64,000 bases of DNA from a bacterium (GTDB taxonomy: Bacteria > Patescibacteriota > Minisyncoccia > Phycocordibacterales > UBA6899), in assembly GCA_021851895.1 (NCBI GenBank), contig JAJZQJ010000006.1:13861-77860 (forward strand), given 5' to 3'. Below, piece after piece: positions 1 to 9,661 of this stretch (positions are counted from its first letter, which is position 1; each line of letters begins with the position of its first letter). The position numbers were made by a program, and so were the translations under genes. The notes under the pieces were generated by a model. It did not search any database. It saw nothing but the letters and a program-made list of their open reading frames with translations, and was not told the DNA's origin.

Positions 1-47
1 ATAGCATACTATACTAACTTATAGTATTCTTATCCTCTTCCCTGTGG

Positions 48-82
48 ATAACTTTACTATGGCGAAGCCATAGTAAAGTTAT
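48..82. repeat. Perfect 15-bp-stem hairpin (ataactttactatgg / ccatagtaaagttat); its left arm overlaps a perfect DnaA-box-like 9-mer TTATCCACA (rc, 43-51)
   Basis: Inverted repeat and 9-mer read directly from the sequence. Confidence 0.5.
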
Positions 83-104
83 TCTATTCAAGGCCACCAA
101 AGAA

Positions 105-195
105 CGATATATGAAACCGCGCGAATTTTTCCGTGCGGTTGCCTCGCTGAAGCTCTGCAACTTCAAAGCCACTCACCCTCGATATATGAAACCGC
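105..195. repeat. Two direct repeats, each about 50 nt, with a perfect 16-nt core cgatatatgaaaccgc (105-120 and 180-195); each is followed by a small hairpin and a T-tract
   Basis: Direct repeat seen in the sequence. The overlapping 78-aa ORF (84-320) repeats RFHIS and is judged spurious. Confidence 0.5.
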
Positions 196-311
196 CTGGA
201 TTTTTCGTGGCGAGGGCTTGGCTGGAGCTCGAGAGCGTACAGTGGTACGCGGAGAGCGAAGCCTGAAGCCCTCCCCGCGAAAAAGACAGCGGCCGTACTT
301 TCGCAGATGAA

Positions 312-368
312 CCTCTTCATTCTGAATAAAAAAACGCCAAAGGCGTTTTTTTATTCAGAATGAAGAGG
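312..368. terminator. 57-nt perfect palindrome (27-bp arms, aaa loop) with A/T tracts on both sides; bidirectional intrinsic terminator overlapping the last codons of pilC
   Basis: The reverse complement of 312-338 equals 342-368 exactly. Confidence 0.7.
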
Positions 369-1590
369 TGATGTCATAAATTGGCATAAGGACCGAGGTA
401 AGCAATCCTCCCACACCAAGACCGAGCATGACGATCATCGCAGGCTCAATAAGACCAACGAGTGTATCGACTGCGTTGTCGACCTCGCGCTTATAGAACT
501 TCGCAAGCGTCTCGAGAATGTTTCCAACTTCTCCAGTCTCTTCTCCAACGCGCACCATTTGCACCATGACCTGAGGAATGAGCGGAGATCGTCCCAATGC
601 CCCCGAAAGCGCCACTCCCGTACGCACATCCTGAGCTGCAGTGAGCATCGCCTGTTTGTAGAGTTCATTATCAACGACCTCAGCGGAGATTTCCACCGCG
701 CGCACCATCGGAACTCCAGAGGTAACCATCGTATTGATGTTATCGCAAATACGAGAGAGATAGAGCTTGCGATAGAGGTCTCCGACATAAGGGACCTGCA
801 GTGCAAGATTCGCATACACCTCCTTTCCCTCTCGCGACTGACCATAACGAATCGCAAAGAAGATACCGACTGCAAGGACCGCCGCAAAGAAGAGGCCGTA
901 ATTGATCAAGAAATTTGAGGCGCCAATAACGATGCGTGTATATATTGGAAGCTCCTTCCCCGTCTCAACGATGATCGCTGAAAGTTTCGGAATAACGATG
1001 ACGAGCATCAAGACCATGACCGAAGCGAACACCACGATAACGAAGGCTGGATAGACGAGGGCCTTTTTCGTCTTCGTGACGAGTTCATAGGTACGATCGA
1101 GGTAATCTGCGAGATACTCGAAGGTCTTTGAGAGGTTTCCTGACTCCTCGCCCGCGCGCACCATGTTCGTGTAGAATGGAGTGAAGACATCGGGGAATTT
1201 CGCCATTGCTGATGCAAGCGTCGAACCCGCACGGAGATCCTCGGCTATCGTTTCAAGACGATGGCGGAGTGCCACGTTCTCAGTCTCACCCGCGAGAAGC
1301 TGGAAGACACGCAGCGCAGGAACCTGCGCAAGAAAGAGCGTCGAAATTTGCCTCGAGAGGATGACGATATCTTTATATTTTACGCGCTCCTCGAAGAAAG
1401 AGAGCTTCTTCATCCAGGCAGGCTGCACGCCCACCTCACTGACGTTCATAACGACGAGGCCTCGACGTTGGAGCGCTGCGATTGCGAGGTCCTTGCTTGC
1501 CGCATCAACCTCACCGCGTCGCTCCTGCCCAGAGCTTTGTTCTATGGCGATATACCGAAATTGCATGCATATATTGTAGCATGGATTCAT
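355..1590 (-). CDS. pilC: Type IV pilus assembly platform protein PilC (GspF family), paralog 1
   Basis: 411 aa, polytopic, with two GspF-type repeats; sits next to pilT and pilB. Confidence 0.85.
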   Translation of the reverse strand: MNPCYNICMQFRYIAIEQSSGQERRGEVDAASKDLAIAALQRRGLVVMNVSEVGVQPAWMKKLSFFEERVKYKDIVILSRQISTLFLAQVPALRVFQLLAGETENVALRHRLETIAEDLRAGSTLASAMAKFPDVFTPFYTNMVRAGEESGNLSKTFEYLADYLDRTYELVTKTKKALVYPAFVIVVFASVMVLMLVIVIPKLSAIIVETGKELPIYTRIVIGASNFLINYGLFFAAVLAVGIFFAIRYGQSREGKEVYANLALQVPYVGDLYRKLYLSRICDNINTMVTSGVPMVRAVEISAEVVDNELYKQAMLTAAQDVRTGVALSGALGRSPLIPQVMVQMVRVGEETGEVGNILETLAKFYKREVDNAVDTLVGLIEPAMIVMLGLGVGGLLTSVLMPIYDITSSF

Positions 1591-1687
1591 GCAAGGTCAT
1601 CGGTCACAGGGGATAGGTCATAGGTTGATACGAATACAAAATCCAGTGCGTTGAGCACTGGATTTTCCCTATCACCTATCACCTTTT

Positions 1688-2755
1688 CTACAGTAAACGT
1701 TCGAGGGATTTTGGATTCTGCGAGTGCATATACGCACTATCCGCTGAGATCTCTCCCGACTTCACAAGACCTGCGAGAACACGATTCATGTCGATCATAC
1801 CAAGCTCAGAACCCGTCTCGATGATCATCGGAATCTCATGCGTGCGTCGTTCTCGAATGAGATTCGCGACTGCATTATTATTGATCAAAAGCTCATATGC
1901 AGGAACGAGGCCACCCGCAATTCGCGGCACAAGGCGCTGCGAGAAGATGCCGGCGAGCGAACCTGCGAGCTGCACGCGGATCTGATCTTGCTGCCCTGCT
2001 GGGAACGAGTCGATGATACGATCGATCGTCTGTGATGCATTGTTCGTATGCAATGTCGAGAGCACCAAGTGTCCAGTTTCTGCAGCAGTAACCGCTGCTG
2101 AGATCGTCTCAAGACCGCGCATCTCTCCGATAAGAATAACGTTGACATCCTCACGGAGACAAGAACGCAGAGCGATATTGAAGTCATCAGTATCGAAATG
2201 CACTTCACGCTGTGAGATCATCGAACGATCTGCCTGGAAGACATATTCGATCGGATCTTCGATCGTAACGATATTCTCTGCGCGATCACGATTGATCATT
2301 TCAACCATGGCTGCAAGCGTCGTCGATTTACCTTGCCCAACGGGACCCACACAAAGGAAGAAACCCTGTTTGCGCTTCGTGAAGAGCTCCAAGACAGGAG
2401 GTAGGCCGAGTTCATGTACGGTCTTCACTTTTTGAGGAACGAGGCGTAGAGCGATACCTATCGTGCCGCGTTGGAAGAATGCATTGCCGCGGAAACGCGC
2501 CTCAGAGCCAAACGAGAAAGAGAAGTCGGATTCCTTCGCCGAAAGAAAGCGCTTCATCCCCGCCTCATCGAGCAATTCTTGCAACACTGCACGCGTATCG
2601 TCTGGTGTAAGCACGGGGAATTTCACGAGCGGAACAAGGACACGAGCGACACGGATGGTTGGAGATCGCCCAACCGCGAAGTGAAGGTCTGATGCACCTT
2701 CTCTTATGACCGTAAGGATCAGCTCCTCAATGTATTTTCGATAATCTTGTATCAT
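1688..2755 (-). CDS. pilT: Twitching-motility / pilus-retraction ATPase PilT
   Basis: 355 aa; Walker A GPVGQGKSTT; a HLVLSTLHT-type His box; the size is typical of PilT. Confidence 0.85.
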   Translation of the reverse strand: MIQDYRKYIEELILTVIREGASDLHFAVGRSPTIRVARVLVPLVKFPVLTPDDTRAVLQELLDEAGMKRFLSAKESDFSFSFGSEARFRGNAFFQRGTIGIALRLVPQKVKTVHELGLPPVLELFTKRKQGFFLCVGPVGQGKSTTLAAMVEMINRDRAENIVTIEDPIEYVFQADRSMISQREVHFDTDDFNIALRSCLREDVNVILIGEMRGLETISAAVTAAETGHLVLSTLHTNNASQTIDRIIDSFPAGQQDQIRVQLAGSLAGIFSQRLVPRIAGGLVPAYELLINNNAVANLIRERRTHEIPMIIETGSELGMIDMNRVLAGLVKSGEISADSAYMHSQNPKSLERLL

Positions 2756-2764
2756 ATGAAAGAA

Positions 2765-3184
2765 TTATTTTTTCGATGCCGTCGCAGCTTGCTGCCGCGA
2801 TAATGCCTCCTCATAAATCCGACTCACCCTCCCCACCACTTCCGATGGCGTCGAGGTCGCTTTGACGATATATCCAAGCGCACCGAGCTTTACCGCACGC
2901 TCGATATCTTCTTCCTCCCCAAGATTAGAGAGTACGACGATGATTGCATTTGGTACGAGCTGCTCTGCGCGCATGGTCTCGAGAAGTTGAAAGCCATCCA
3001 TACCCGGCATCACGAGATCGGTCACCACTATTCCTGGCTTGTCTCCCGCGCGGATCTGGTCGAGTGCTTCTTTTGGATTTGCCTTGGCGACGACGTTGTA
3101 ACCAGCCATACTGAAGCGCTGGGAATACATATCGAGTAAGAATCCATCATCTTCGATGAGATACAGTGTAATAGGATCAGACAT
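2765..3184 (-). CDS. Single-domain response regulator (CheY-like REC)
   Basis: 139 aa; IEDD acidic pair and a DLVMPGMDG phospho-acceptor region; no output domain. Confidence 0.75.
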   Translation of the reverse strand: MSDPITLYLIEDDGFLLDMYSQRFSMAGYNVVAKANPKEALDQIRAGDKPGIVVTDLVMPGMDGFQLLETMRAEQLVPNAIIVVLSNLGEEEDIERAVKLGALGYIVKATSTPSEVVGRVSRIYEEALSRQQAATASKK

Positions 3185-3211
3185 GCCGTAATTATATCAC
3201 GGTAAATCCAA

Positions 3212-3303
3212 AGTCATGAGTCATGCGTCATGAGTCATGAGTAAAAGCAAAATACACAGCATAATACTGTGTATTTTTGAGCGCCCTCATGACTCATGAC
3301 TAG
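3212..3303. repeat. Inverted arrays of tandem heptamers (GTCATGA x4 at 3212-3243; CTCATGA x2 at 3286-3303) flanking the pilB terminator hairpin
   Basis: Seen directly in the sequence; the right-hand array overlaps the pilB stop codon. Confidence 0.6.
3250..3277 (-). terminator. Intrinsic terminator of pilB (aaatacacag / ctgtgtattt hairpin followed by a T-tract on the minus strand)
   Basis: 10-bp stem plus a U-run. Confidence 0.6.
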
Positions 3304-5027
3304 ATGATATTATTGATCTCCTCAAACGGTATGATGCCCTGAAACGCCTTTATGAGTGCGTCGTCTTTCATCGTGAGCATTCCCTTCCGACGAGCAATAT
3401 CGTAGATCATCTGCTCCTCAGGCTTTGTGAGGATAATATGCTCAATATCCTTATCGAGTCGCAGGAATTCAAAGACAGGAATACGACCCTTCGTTCCTGA
3501 AGGACAGCTCGCTGAAGGTGTCGCGTTATAGACGTAACTTGGGATCGTGATCGTCGCACGGATCTCCGGTGGGAGATCGGCAAACTGTCGTTCTGCCAAG
3601 ATGCGCTGACTTTCGGTCATCGGTTGTGCCGTCTTCCCTTCCTCACAGAGCGTACGGAGCAAGCGCTGCGCAACGACAAGCGCAAGTGTCGGTGCAATGA
3701 GATAGGGATCGACACCCATGTCGATGAGACGTGGTATCGCTCCTGCAGCAGTGTTCGTGTGCAAGGTTGAGAAGACAAGGTGACCGGTGAGTGCTGCCTG
3801 GATGGCAAGCTGTGCAGTCTCCTTATCACGGATCTCACCGACCATGATAATGTCGGGGTCCTGACGCAAGATAGAACGAAGACCATTCGCGAACGTATAC
3901 CCGATCTCCGGGCGCACTTGCGATTGAGACACTCCTTGCATGCTGTACTCAACTGGATCCTCGAGTGAGACGACATTGTACTTCTCTCGATCGAGCTCAC
4001 TGAGCATCGTATAAAGCGTCGTCGTCTTACCTGAACCGGTAGGACCAGTCACCAAGATAAGTCCATAGGGCATACCGAGCACCTGGCGAAGATCCGCCTT
4101 TCGCTTGTCATCCAAACCGATTTGATCGATGGTACGGATACCTCTCGATGAGTCGAGAATACGCATCACCACCTTTTCTCCGAAATATGCGGGGAATGTG
4201 GAGACACGGAAGTCTACACGTCGATCATCCATCTTCACTGAGAAACGCCCGTCCTGAGGCTTTCGCTTCTCATCGAGTTTCAGCTGTGCAAGGATCTTGA
4301 TACGCGCAACAACCGCACTGTGAATGTTCGTCGGCAAGATGATCGATGTGTACATTGCACCGTCGACACGAAAACGTACGCGCACGCGCTCACCCATGTG
4401 TTCAATGTGGACATCTGAAGCGTTCCCTTCCACGGCATGGCGCAAAAGCACTGCAACGATCTTCGTGACCGGCGCCTCTTCGACGATCTTCTCCTCGCCT
4501 TCACCCCCACCTGTAGACACCTCCTCGGCGCCACCTTGTGCGAACTCGACACCCTCGGTCTTCTCCATGTCGAGCTCAGAGAGCGCCTTGGTGACCTCAC
4601 CAGTAAGATTCTTATACTGCTCGACGACGTTATTGAAATCGGGTTGCGTGATAACGTAAAGTCGAAACGGCATCCCGAGCTTCGCCGCGATGAATTGCAC
4701 GGCATCGCGCGCCTGAGTGAAATCAGGATCGACAATACCAACCTCAAGCACAGAATCAACAACCGCGAGCGGAACGACAAAATAGTGCCTTGCCGACTCT
4801 TCAGGGATGTCGCGCAGGACACTAACGGGGACTTTTACGTCACCGAGAATGCGATATTCGAGACCATAGTACTCCGCCTTGAGTGTCAGGACCTGTTCCT
4901 GTGTCATACCACCCCGCGAAAGCACTTCATCAAGACCCCCCTTGGTTCGCTCTGACTCCTGCGTCAGCTCCGGTATGATCTGATCTTCGATGATCTGCTT
5001 CTGTGAGAGAAATTGCAGAAAACTCAT
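3300..5027 (-). CDS. pilB: Type IV pilus assembly ATPase PilB (GspE family), paralog 1
   Basis: 575 aa; Walker A GPTGSGKTTTLY; N-terminal GSPII_E_N-like region. Confidence 0.85.
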   Translation of the reverse strand: MSFLQFLSQKQIIEDQIIPELTQESERTKGGLDEVLSRGGMTQEQVLTLKAEYYGLEYRILGDVKVPVSVLRDIPEESARHYFVVPLAVVDSVLEVGIVDPDFTQARDAVQFIAAKLGMPFRLYVITQPDFNNVVEQYKNLTGEVTKALSELDMEKTEGVEFAQGGAEEVSTGGGEGEEKIVEEAPVTKIVAVLLRHAVEGNASDVHIEHMGERVRVRFRVDGAMYTSIILPTNIHSAVVARIKILAQLKLDEKRKPQDGRFSVKMDDRRVDFRVSTFPAYFGEKVVMRILDSSRGIRTIDQIGLDDKRKADLRQVLGMPYGLILVTGPTGSGKTTTLYTMLSELDREKYNVVSLEDPVEYSMQGVSQSQVRPEIGYTFANGLRSILRQDPDIIMVGEIRDKETAQLAIQAALTGHLVFSTLHTNTAAGAIPRLIDMGVDPYLIAPTLALVVAQRLLRTLCEEGKTAQPMTESQRILAERQFADLPPEIRATITIPSYVYNATPSASCPSGTKGRIPVFEFLRLDKDIEHIILTKPEEQMIYDIARRKGMLTMKDDALIKAFQGIIPFEEINNII

Positions 5028-5084
5028 ACTATGAATATTATATCACAACTAAACCCAACGTTCCGAAAATAATGTAAGAAAAAA

Positions 5085-5101
5085 ACCGGAGAGACTCCGG
5101 T
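5085..5101 (-). terminator. Intrinsic terminator (accggag aga ctccggt) downstream of the 5114-5506 gene
   Basis: Hairpin with a T-run on the minus strand. Confidence 0.55.
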
Positions 5102-5113
5102 CATTTATTTTGA

Positions 5114-5506
5114 TCACTCTCGCCCACACAGGAAACGTGCCGCTGCAGCATATGCAGTAAACTTGTCCGTCGACCGCGCGCCGATATTGACGAATGCCGC
5201 ATTGAGCAGTGCATCTCCCGATGCAGCGAACAGCGTGATACTATCCCCGCGAACGTGCATGATATTCTCTGCAAGCAACAAGGTCGTCCCCATCCTCACA
5301 TCACGCCGACTAAGCGGAACGCGACCATCGAGAATGAGTACTGACATGTCTTCATGTGTCGAAAGAATATGCTCACCTTCCTCGATCGTGCTCGCAATAA
5401 AAAGCATGCAGTGCGGCGAAAGCACTGCACCCGCGAGCTCCTGGAAAAGCGGGTCATCCTCGATCAATAAAACCTTTGGTTTTTCTTGAGGAGAATGTGT
5501 AGTCAT
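5114..5506 (-). CDS. Divergent receiver (REC)-like domain protein
   Basis: 130 aa; LLIEDD and VLILDG motifs at the positions expected for a receiver domain; weak similarity. Confidence 0.45.
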   Translation of the reverse strand: MTTHSPQEKPKVLLIEDDPLFQELAGAVLSPHCMLFIASTIEEGEHILSTHEDMSVLILDGRVPLSRRDVRMGTTLLLAENIMHVRGDSITLFAASGDALLNAAFVNIGARSTDKFTAYAAAARFLCGRE

Positions 5507-5609
5507 AACACCCTCCTCGCTGGAACGTAACTTATTTCATAGTACACCCCAAATACCCAAGGTCAACGCCCTAAACATCAGAATATAGGCATGAATGCTC
5601 GGCAAGCAC

Positions 5610-6455
5610 TTAGTGATGCGCCACCACGAACAAGCCGAGGACGATCAACGCAAAAACAAAGGTTTTTCGCACGACTCGATCTTCATGAAAATAAAATACT
5701 CCTGCAGCAAGCGACCAAAGAACCGAAGTGGCCCTTGAAAGTGCGAGGATGAGCGAGGCAGGTGCATACTGGTATGCGAGCGACACGAGCACACTCGACA
5801 CTGCCTGGGAGGCAAATGAAAGGCCAAGCAATGGATGCGCCTTCATCTCAACAAGCAAACGTCGATCTTCACTTGAGAAGAACAGGCGCACTGCATAAAT
5901 GAAGAACAACACCACGGCAACATAGAATTGCGATATCGCGGCTGCATTGAAATGCGCGATATCATATTTATAAAAGGTTATCGTCGCAACAGAGAGCAAC
6001 GCGGAAGCAAATGCATACCCCATCCCCTTCCCATGGATCTTCGTGCCTGCGAAATATGCGAGAAGCACGATGAGTATGATACCGATACCGAGAAAATCGA
6101 TATTCGTAATCGTGTATCCGAGTGCGATGTCGACGATGAGCAATAATGGTATCGTAAGCACTCTAATGAAACCAAAAGTCGAGCGGTCAGCAACTGCAAG
6201 CGCCCTGAACACGACCTCACACTGGATGAATTCCGAAATGACGCGCAAGGCAAAGACAGGGAGCGCGTGCATGTTATACGAGAATGATAGCCCTTGTATC
6301 ACCGCAGTGCCTCCAAAGAATATGAGCGCTATCCCTTCTGTCAAAAATCCATAGAGCACATAGGTAAACACACGTCCAGAAAACGCGAATTTTGAAGCAG
6401 AAGCGGAGAGTTCTCCGAAAAAATTTCCAACAAGTACGAGGAGTGCTGCGAACAT
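5610..6455 (-). CDS. Polytopic membrane protein, EamA/DMT-family-like transporter
   Basis: 281 aa with about 10 hydrophobic segments; no diagnostic motif. Confidence 0.4.
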   Translation of the reverse strand: MFAALLVLVGNFFGELSASASKFAFSGRVFTYVLYGFLTEGIALIFFGGTAVIQGLSFSYNMHALPVFALRVISEFIQCEVVFRALAVADRSTFGFIRVLTIPLLLIVDIALGYTITNIDFLGIGIILIVLLAYFAGTKIHGKGMGYAFASALLSVATITFYKYDIAHFNAAAISQFYVAVVLFFIYAVRLFFSSEDRRLLVEMKAHPLLGLSFASQAVSSVLVSLAYQYAPASLILALSRATSVLWSLAAGVFYFHEDRVVRKTFVFALIVLGLFVVAHH

Positions 6456-6506
6456 ATCCTCATCATACTAGAAAACCGCATATTGTAAAAACGAAATAAA
6501 TAAAAA

Positions 6507-6528
6507 ACAGCACAATGTGCTGTTTTTT
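6507..6528. terminator. Bidirectional intrinsic terminator (acagcac aat gtgctgt, A-run upstream, T-run downstream) immediately after the secF stop
   Basis: Seen in the sequence. Confidence 0.6.
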
Positions 6529-7423
6529 ATTTGTGCTTTCGCTTCTCAATGATGTTCGCCATGGTCACCAAGAGTGGTGAACCGATGAAGATCGAAGAAT
6601 ATGTTCCGACAATGACACCGACACCGAGCGTAAACGCAAAGTAACGTGTCGTCTCGCCTCCAAAGAGGAAGAGTGCGCCGATAACAAGGAGCACCGTGAG
6701 TGACGTATTGATCGAGCGAGTGAACGTCTGAGAAACCGATCTTCCGACCGTCGACTCAAAGGTCTCTTTCGCACCTAAGCGAAGATTCTCACGTGTACGG
6801 TCAAACACGACGATGGTGTCGTGCACAGAGAAACCGAGCACGGTAAGCAATGCAGTGACAAAGAGCACATCGATTTCCACGCCGATATTATGTGCGCCGA
6901 GCATAACGTAGATACCTGCAGGTATGATCACATCGTGCGCGAGCGCGATGACCGTGATCAAACCATAGATCCATGACGATACTGGCTTGCTGACCTGACG
7001 GAATGCATAAGCGACATAAAGCATGATACCGATGAGCACGGTGAAGATCGCCCAAATCGAGTTCTGGCGAAGCTCAGCACCGATCGATGGTCCATATGAA
7101 CTGAAGCGTACGATCTGTGTATCCTCGCCAAGTGATGCAGTCGAAATGAGCTGCTGGCGCTCTTTCTCCGTAAGATCCTTCGTGCGAATGAGCACACTCT
7201 TCTCCCCTGCTGCCTGTACCTGGACGGTGCCCCAACCAAGCTTTGAGAGCGCGGTCTTTATGTCATCCACCTGAGGCTTATCCTTATAGGAGAGCTCAAG
7301 CAATGCACCACCAGTGAATTCGATACTGTAATTCCACTTATTGAAGATGAGTGAACCCAATGAAGCGACCAGCAATATTCCCGAGAGAATATAGAAGTAT
7401 ACGCGATGTTTAATGATATACAT
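6527..7423 (-). CDS. secF: Protein translocase subunit SecF
   Basis: 298 aa; N-terminus YSIEFTGGALLELSY is SecF-typical; six TM segments. Confidence 0.85.
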   Translation of the reverse strand: MYIIKHRVYFYILSGILLVASLGSLIFNKWNYSIEFTGGALLELSYKDKPQVDDIKTALSKLGWGTVQVQAAGEKSVLIRTKDLTEKERQQLISTASLGEDTQIVRFSSYGPSIGAELRQNSIWAIFTVLIGIMLYVAYAFRQVSKPVSSWIYGLITVIALAHDVIIPAGIYVMLGAHNIGVEIDVLFVTALLTVLGFSVHDTIVVFDRTRENLRLGAKETFESTVGRSVSQTFTRSINTSLTVLLVIGALFLFGGETTRYFAFTLGVGVIVGTYSSIFIGSPLLVTMANIIEKRKHK

Positions 7424-7429
7424 ATGGGT

Positions 7430-8838
7430 CTAGTTAGTGAATCCGCCTCCAAAGAAGAATCGTACGAGTTTCGACTTACCCGAAGCGCCAAGTGCGTAAA
7501 GGAATGAACGAGAGATCGTGATGGCCGTAAAGAGCGACACGAGGACTCCCAAGCCGAGCGTCAACGCAAAACCCTTCACGACAGACGTACCAAACCAGAA
7601 CAGGATCGACGCTGAGATGAGTGACGAAATGTTCGAGTCGCGGATACTCGTCCATGCACGAGTGAATCCATCATGCATCGCATCACCGAGCTCCTTCCCT
7701 TTCTTCATCTCCTCCTTCATGCGCTCAAAGATGAGGATGTTCGCGTCGACTGCCATACCCACCGAGAGCAGGAATCCTGCGATACCTGCGGCGGTCAGTG
7801 TGACAGGAATCAACTTGAACACAATGAGCATCAACACGACGTAGATACCCATGGCGAGCGAAGCAACGATACCGGGCACGCGATACCACACGATGAGGAA
7901 GAACGCGACAAGCAAGATGCCGATGAGACCAGCATGTACACCAGCCTTCAACGCATTCTGCCCAAGTGTTGCACCGATCGTCTGCGTAGAAACAAGTGTG
8001 ATCGGTACCGGAATTGCACCAGAGTTCAAGCGACCCTTGAGGTCACGTGCCTCCTGGAGTGTGAAATTACCCGAGATGACTGCGTTACCATCGGTGATCG
8101 CCTCGCGAACGACTGGCGTCGAGATCGCCTGTCCATCGAGGTAGATGGCGACGCGCTTCTCAACGTTTGCCTTCGTGATCTCACCGAAGAGCTGCTTCCC
8201 TTCATCATTGAAAGCGAGTGAGATCGTCGGCTCATTCGTCTGACTATTGATCACCACCTCAGCCTTCTTGAGCTGAGCTCCAGTGAGCTTCGTTTCTACG
8301 AAATCAGGATCTTCGAGTGCGCGTGGGTGTGCGAGAAGTGCTGCCTTCTTTTCTTCATCCGTGACACCCTGCTTCTCGTAGACCGCCTTCACCGCATCGC
8401 GATCCTTCTTGATGGCGTCCTTATCTGGACCATCGGGACGCTCCGTCTTGAACTGCAAGAGTGGAGTCTGTCCGATCTGCTCTGTTGCAGCACGAACATC
8501 AGTAAGTCCTGGGAACTCGATGATCAGACGCTGCACTGCCTCGCCGTCTGCAGAATGCGTGGATTCCGTTTGGACATTGGGCTCTGAAACGCCGAGTGCG
8601 TTGATACGACGCTCGATAACATCACGGAGCGCTGCCATTGTCTCAGGGACATCCTTTGCTGCGACTGCCTTTGTATCCGCCTGATAAGTCAATTGTGTGC
8701 CTCCCTCGATGTCGAGTCCGAAGCGAAACGGAAAGTTCGCCATGAACTTGGTTCCTGGCTTCTCGCTCGCGTAGACACCAAACCCGAGCCCTACTCCAGC
8801 AAGGAGAAGGATGAGGGCAATAATGCGCTTTTTCCACA
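7430..8838 (-). CDS. secD: Protein translocase subunit SecD (start taken at MWKKR)
   Basis: About 470 aa with a large periplasmic domain and a C-terminal six-TM bundle; adjacent to secF. A TTTACG-16-TATAAT promoter-like pair lies 10 nt upstream of the ATG. Confidence 0.85.
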
Positions 8839-8972
8839 TAATACCTTGAATTATAGCTATATTTATGTTCTCGTAAACCTTGACACCACATCGTAACTTG
8901 AGCACAGAGAGGAGAAAAATGAAGTCCTCGCACAAAAGAAAAACCCATCACATTATGATGGGCAACTTACGC

Positions 8973-9458
8973 TCAAGAGAATCTTGGACGCTCGTAGATC
9001 GGAGTGAGTTTCGTGCGCTCAATGATCACCTGGCGCCACGCATCAACCGAGACATGACCCACCGGGGGGATGTCATCCAATTGATGCTTCGCAGCATGAT
9101 GCAAACGACGCAATACACGCTCTGCGTCGATGAGCTCTAACCGCATGCCAATGCGATAGACTGCATCATCTGAGAGTCTCTCGGGCGGACCGTCAGCATA
9201 GACCAACTCCCCCGAGAAAAGATCGACTGCTGCGGTTCGCGCGATATTCCAGCTCGTTTCCCGAATTCTCCACAGTCCGGAATAATAGGCGAACGCAAGG
9301 TCATTCTCTTGAGCACCATGATATCCGTCGTCCGCATGAAGCGCGCACCAGGGCACACGCCTCCAAAGATCCTTCTGCGCACGGACGTGATCGCGAATAT
9401 GTTCAATGAACGTCGCTCGCTCACGCTCGAGGACACAGCTCACATCATTGGTTTTCAT
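8973..9458 (-). CDS. Hypothetical protein (162 aa)
   Basis: ORF with a GGAGG RBS 7 nt upstream of the ATG; its own terminator hairpin at 8944-8962. Confidence 0.5.
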   Translation of the reverse strand: MKTNDVSCVLERERATFIEHIRDHVRAQKDLWRRVPWCALHADDGYHGAQENDLAFAYYSGLWRIRETSWNIARTAAVDLFSGELVYADGPPERLSDDAVYRIGMRLELIDAERVLRRLHHAAKHQLDDIPPVGHVSVDAWRQVIIERTKLTPIYERPRFS

Positions 9459-9661
9459 TGCGTCCTCCTTTCTGACACTGAAAACACGATACCACATCAA
9501 TCACCCCCTGGCAATGCATCGAAATATAGAGCTATGCTATTATCGCAGCGGAGGTTGTTTGCAGGGCATTTTTTTTCGCACTCTTTTTGTCTCGGGGCTT
9601 CCGAGCAAAAGAGCGCAGCTTCCATTTACCCACAGCGCGACACGCGCACAACAGGAGTCAT

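Noticed and set aside
84-320. 78-aa minus-strand ORF covering the direct repeats
   Set aside because: Its repetition (RFHIS twice) simply mirrors the nucleotide direct repeats; it has no RBS and sits on a hairpin-rich non-coding region
4280-4955. Long antisense or alternative-frame ORFs inside pilB (4280-4822, 4437-4955), and similar ones inside secD, ftsK, the regulator gene and the giant genes
   Set aside because: These are shadow ORFs fully contained in strongly supported genes, with Arg/Ser-rich low-complexity translations
9309-9661. N-terminal extension of the phosphagen-kinase ORF (497-aa version)
   Set aside because: It overlaps the convergent, well-supported gene 8973-9458. The conserved kinase N-terminus and an AGGAG RBS begin at 9662
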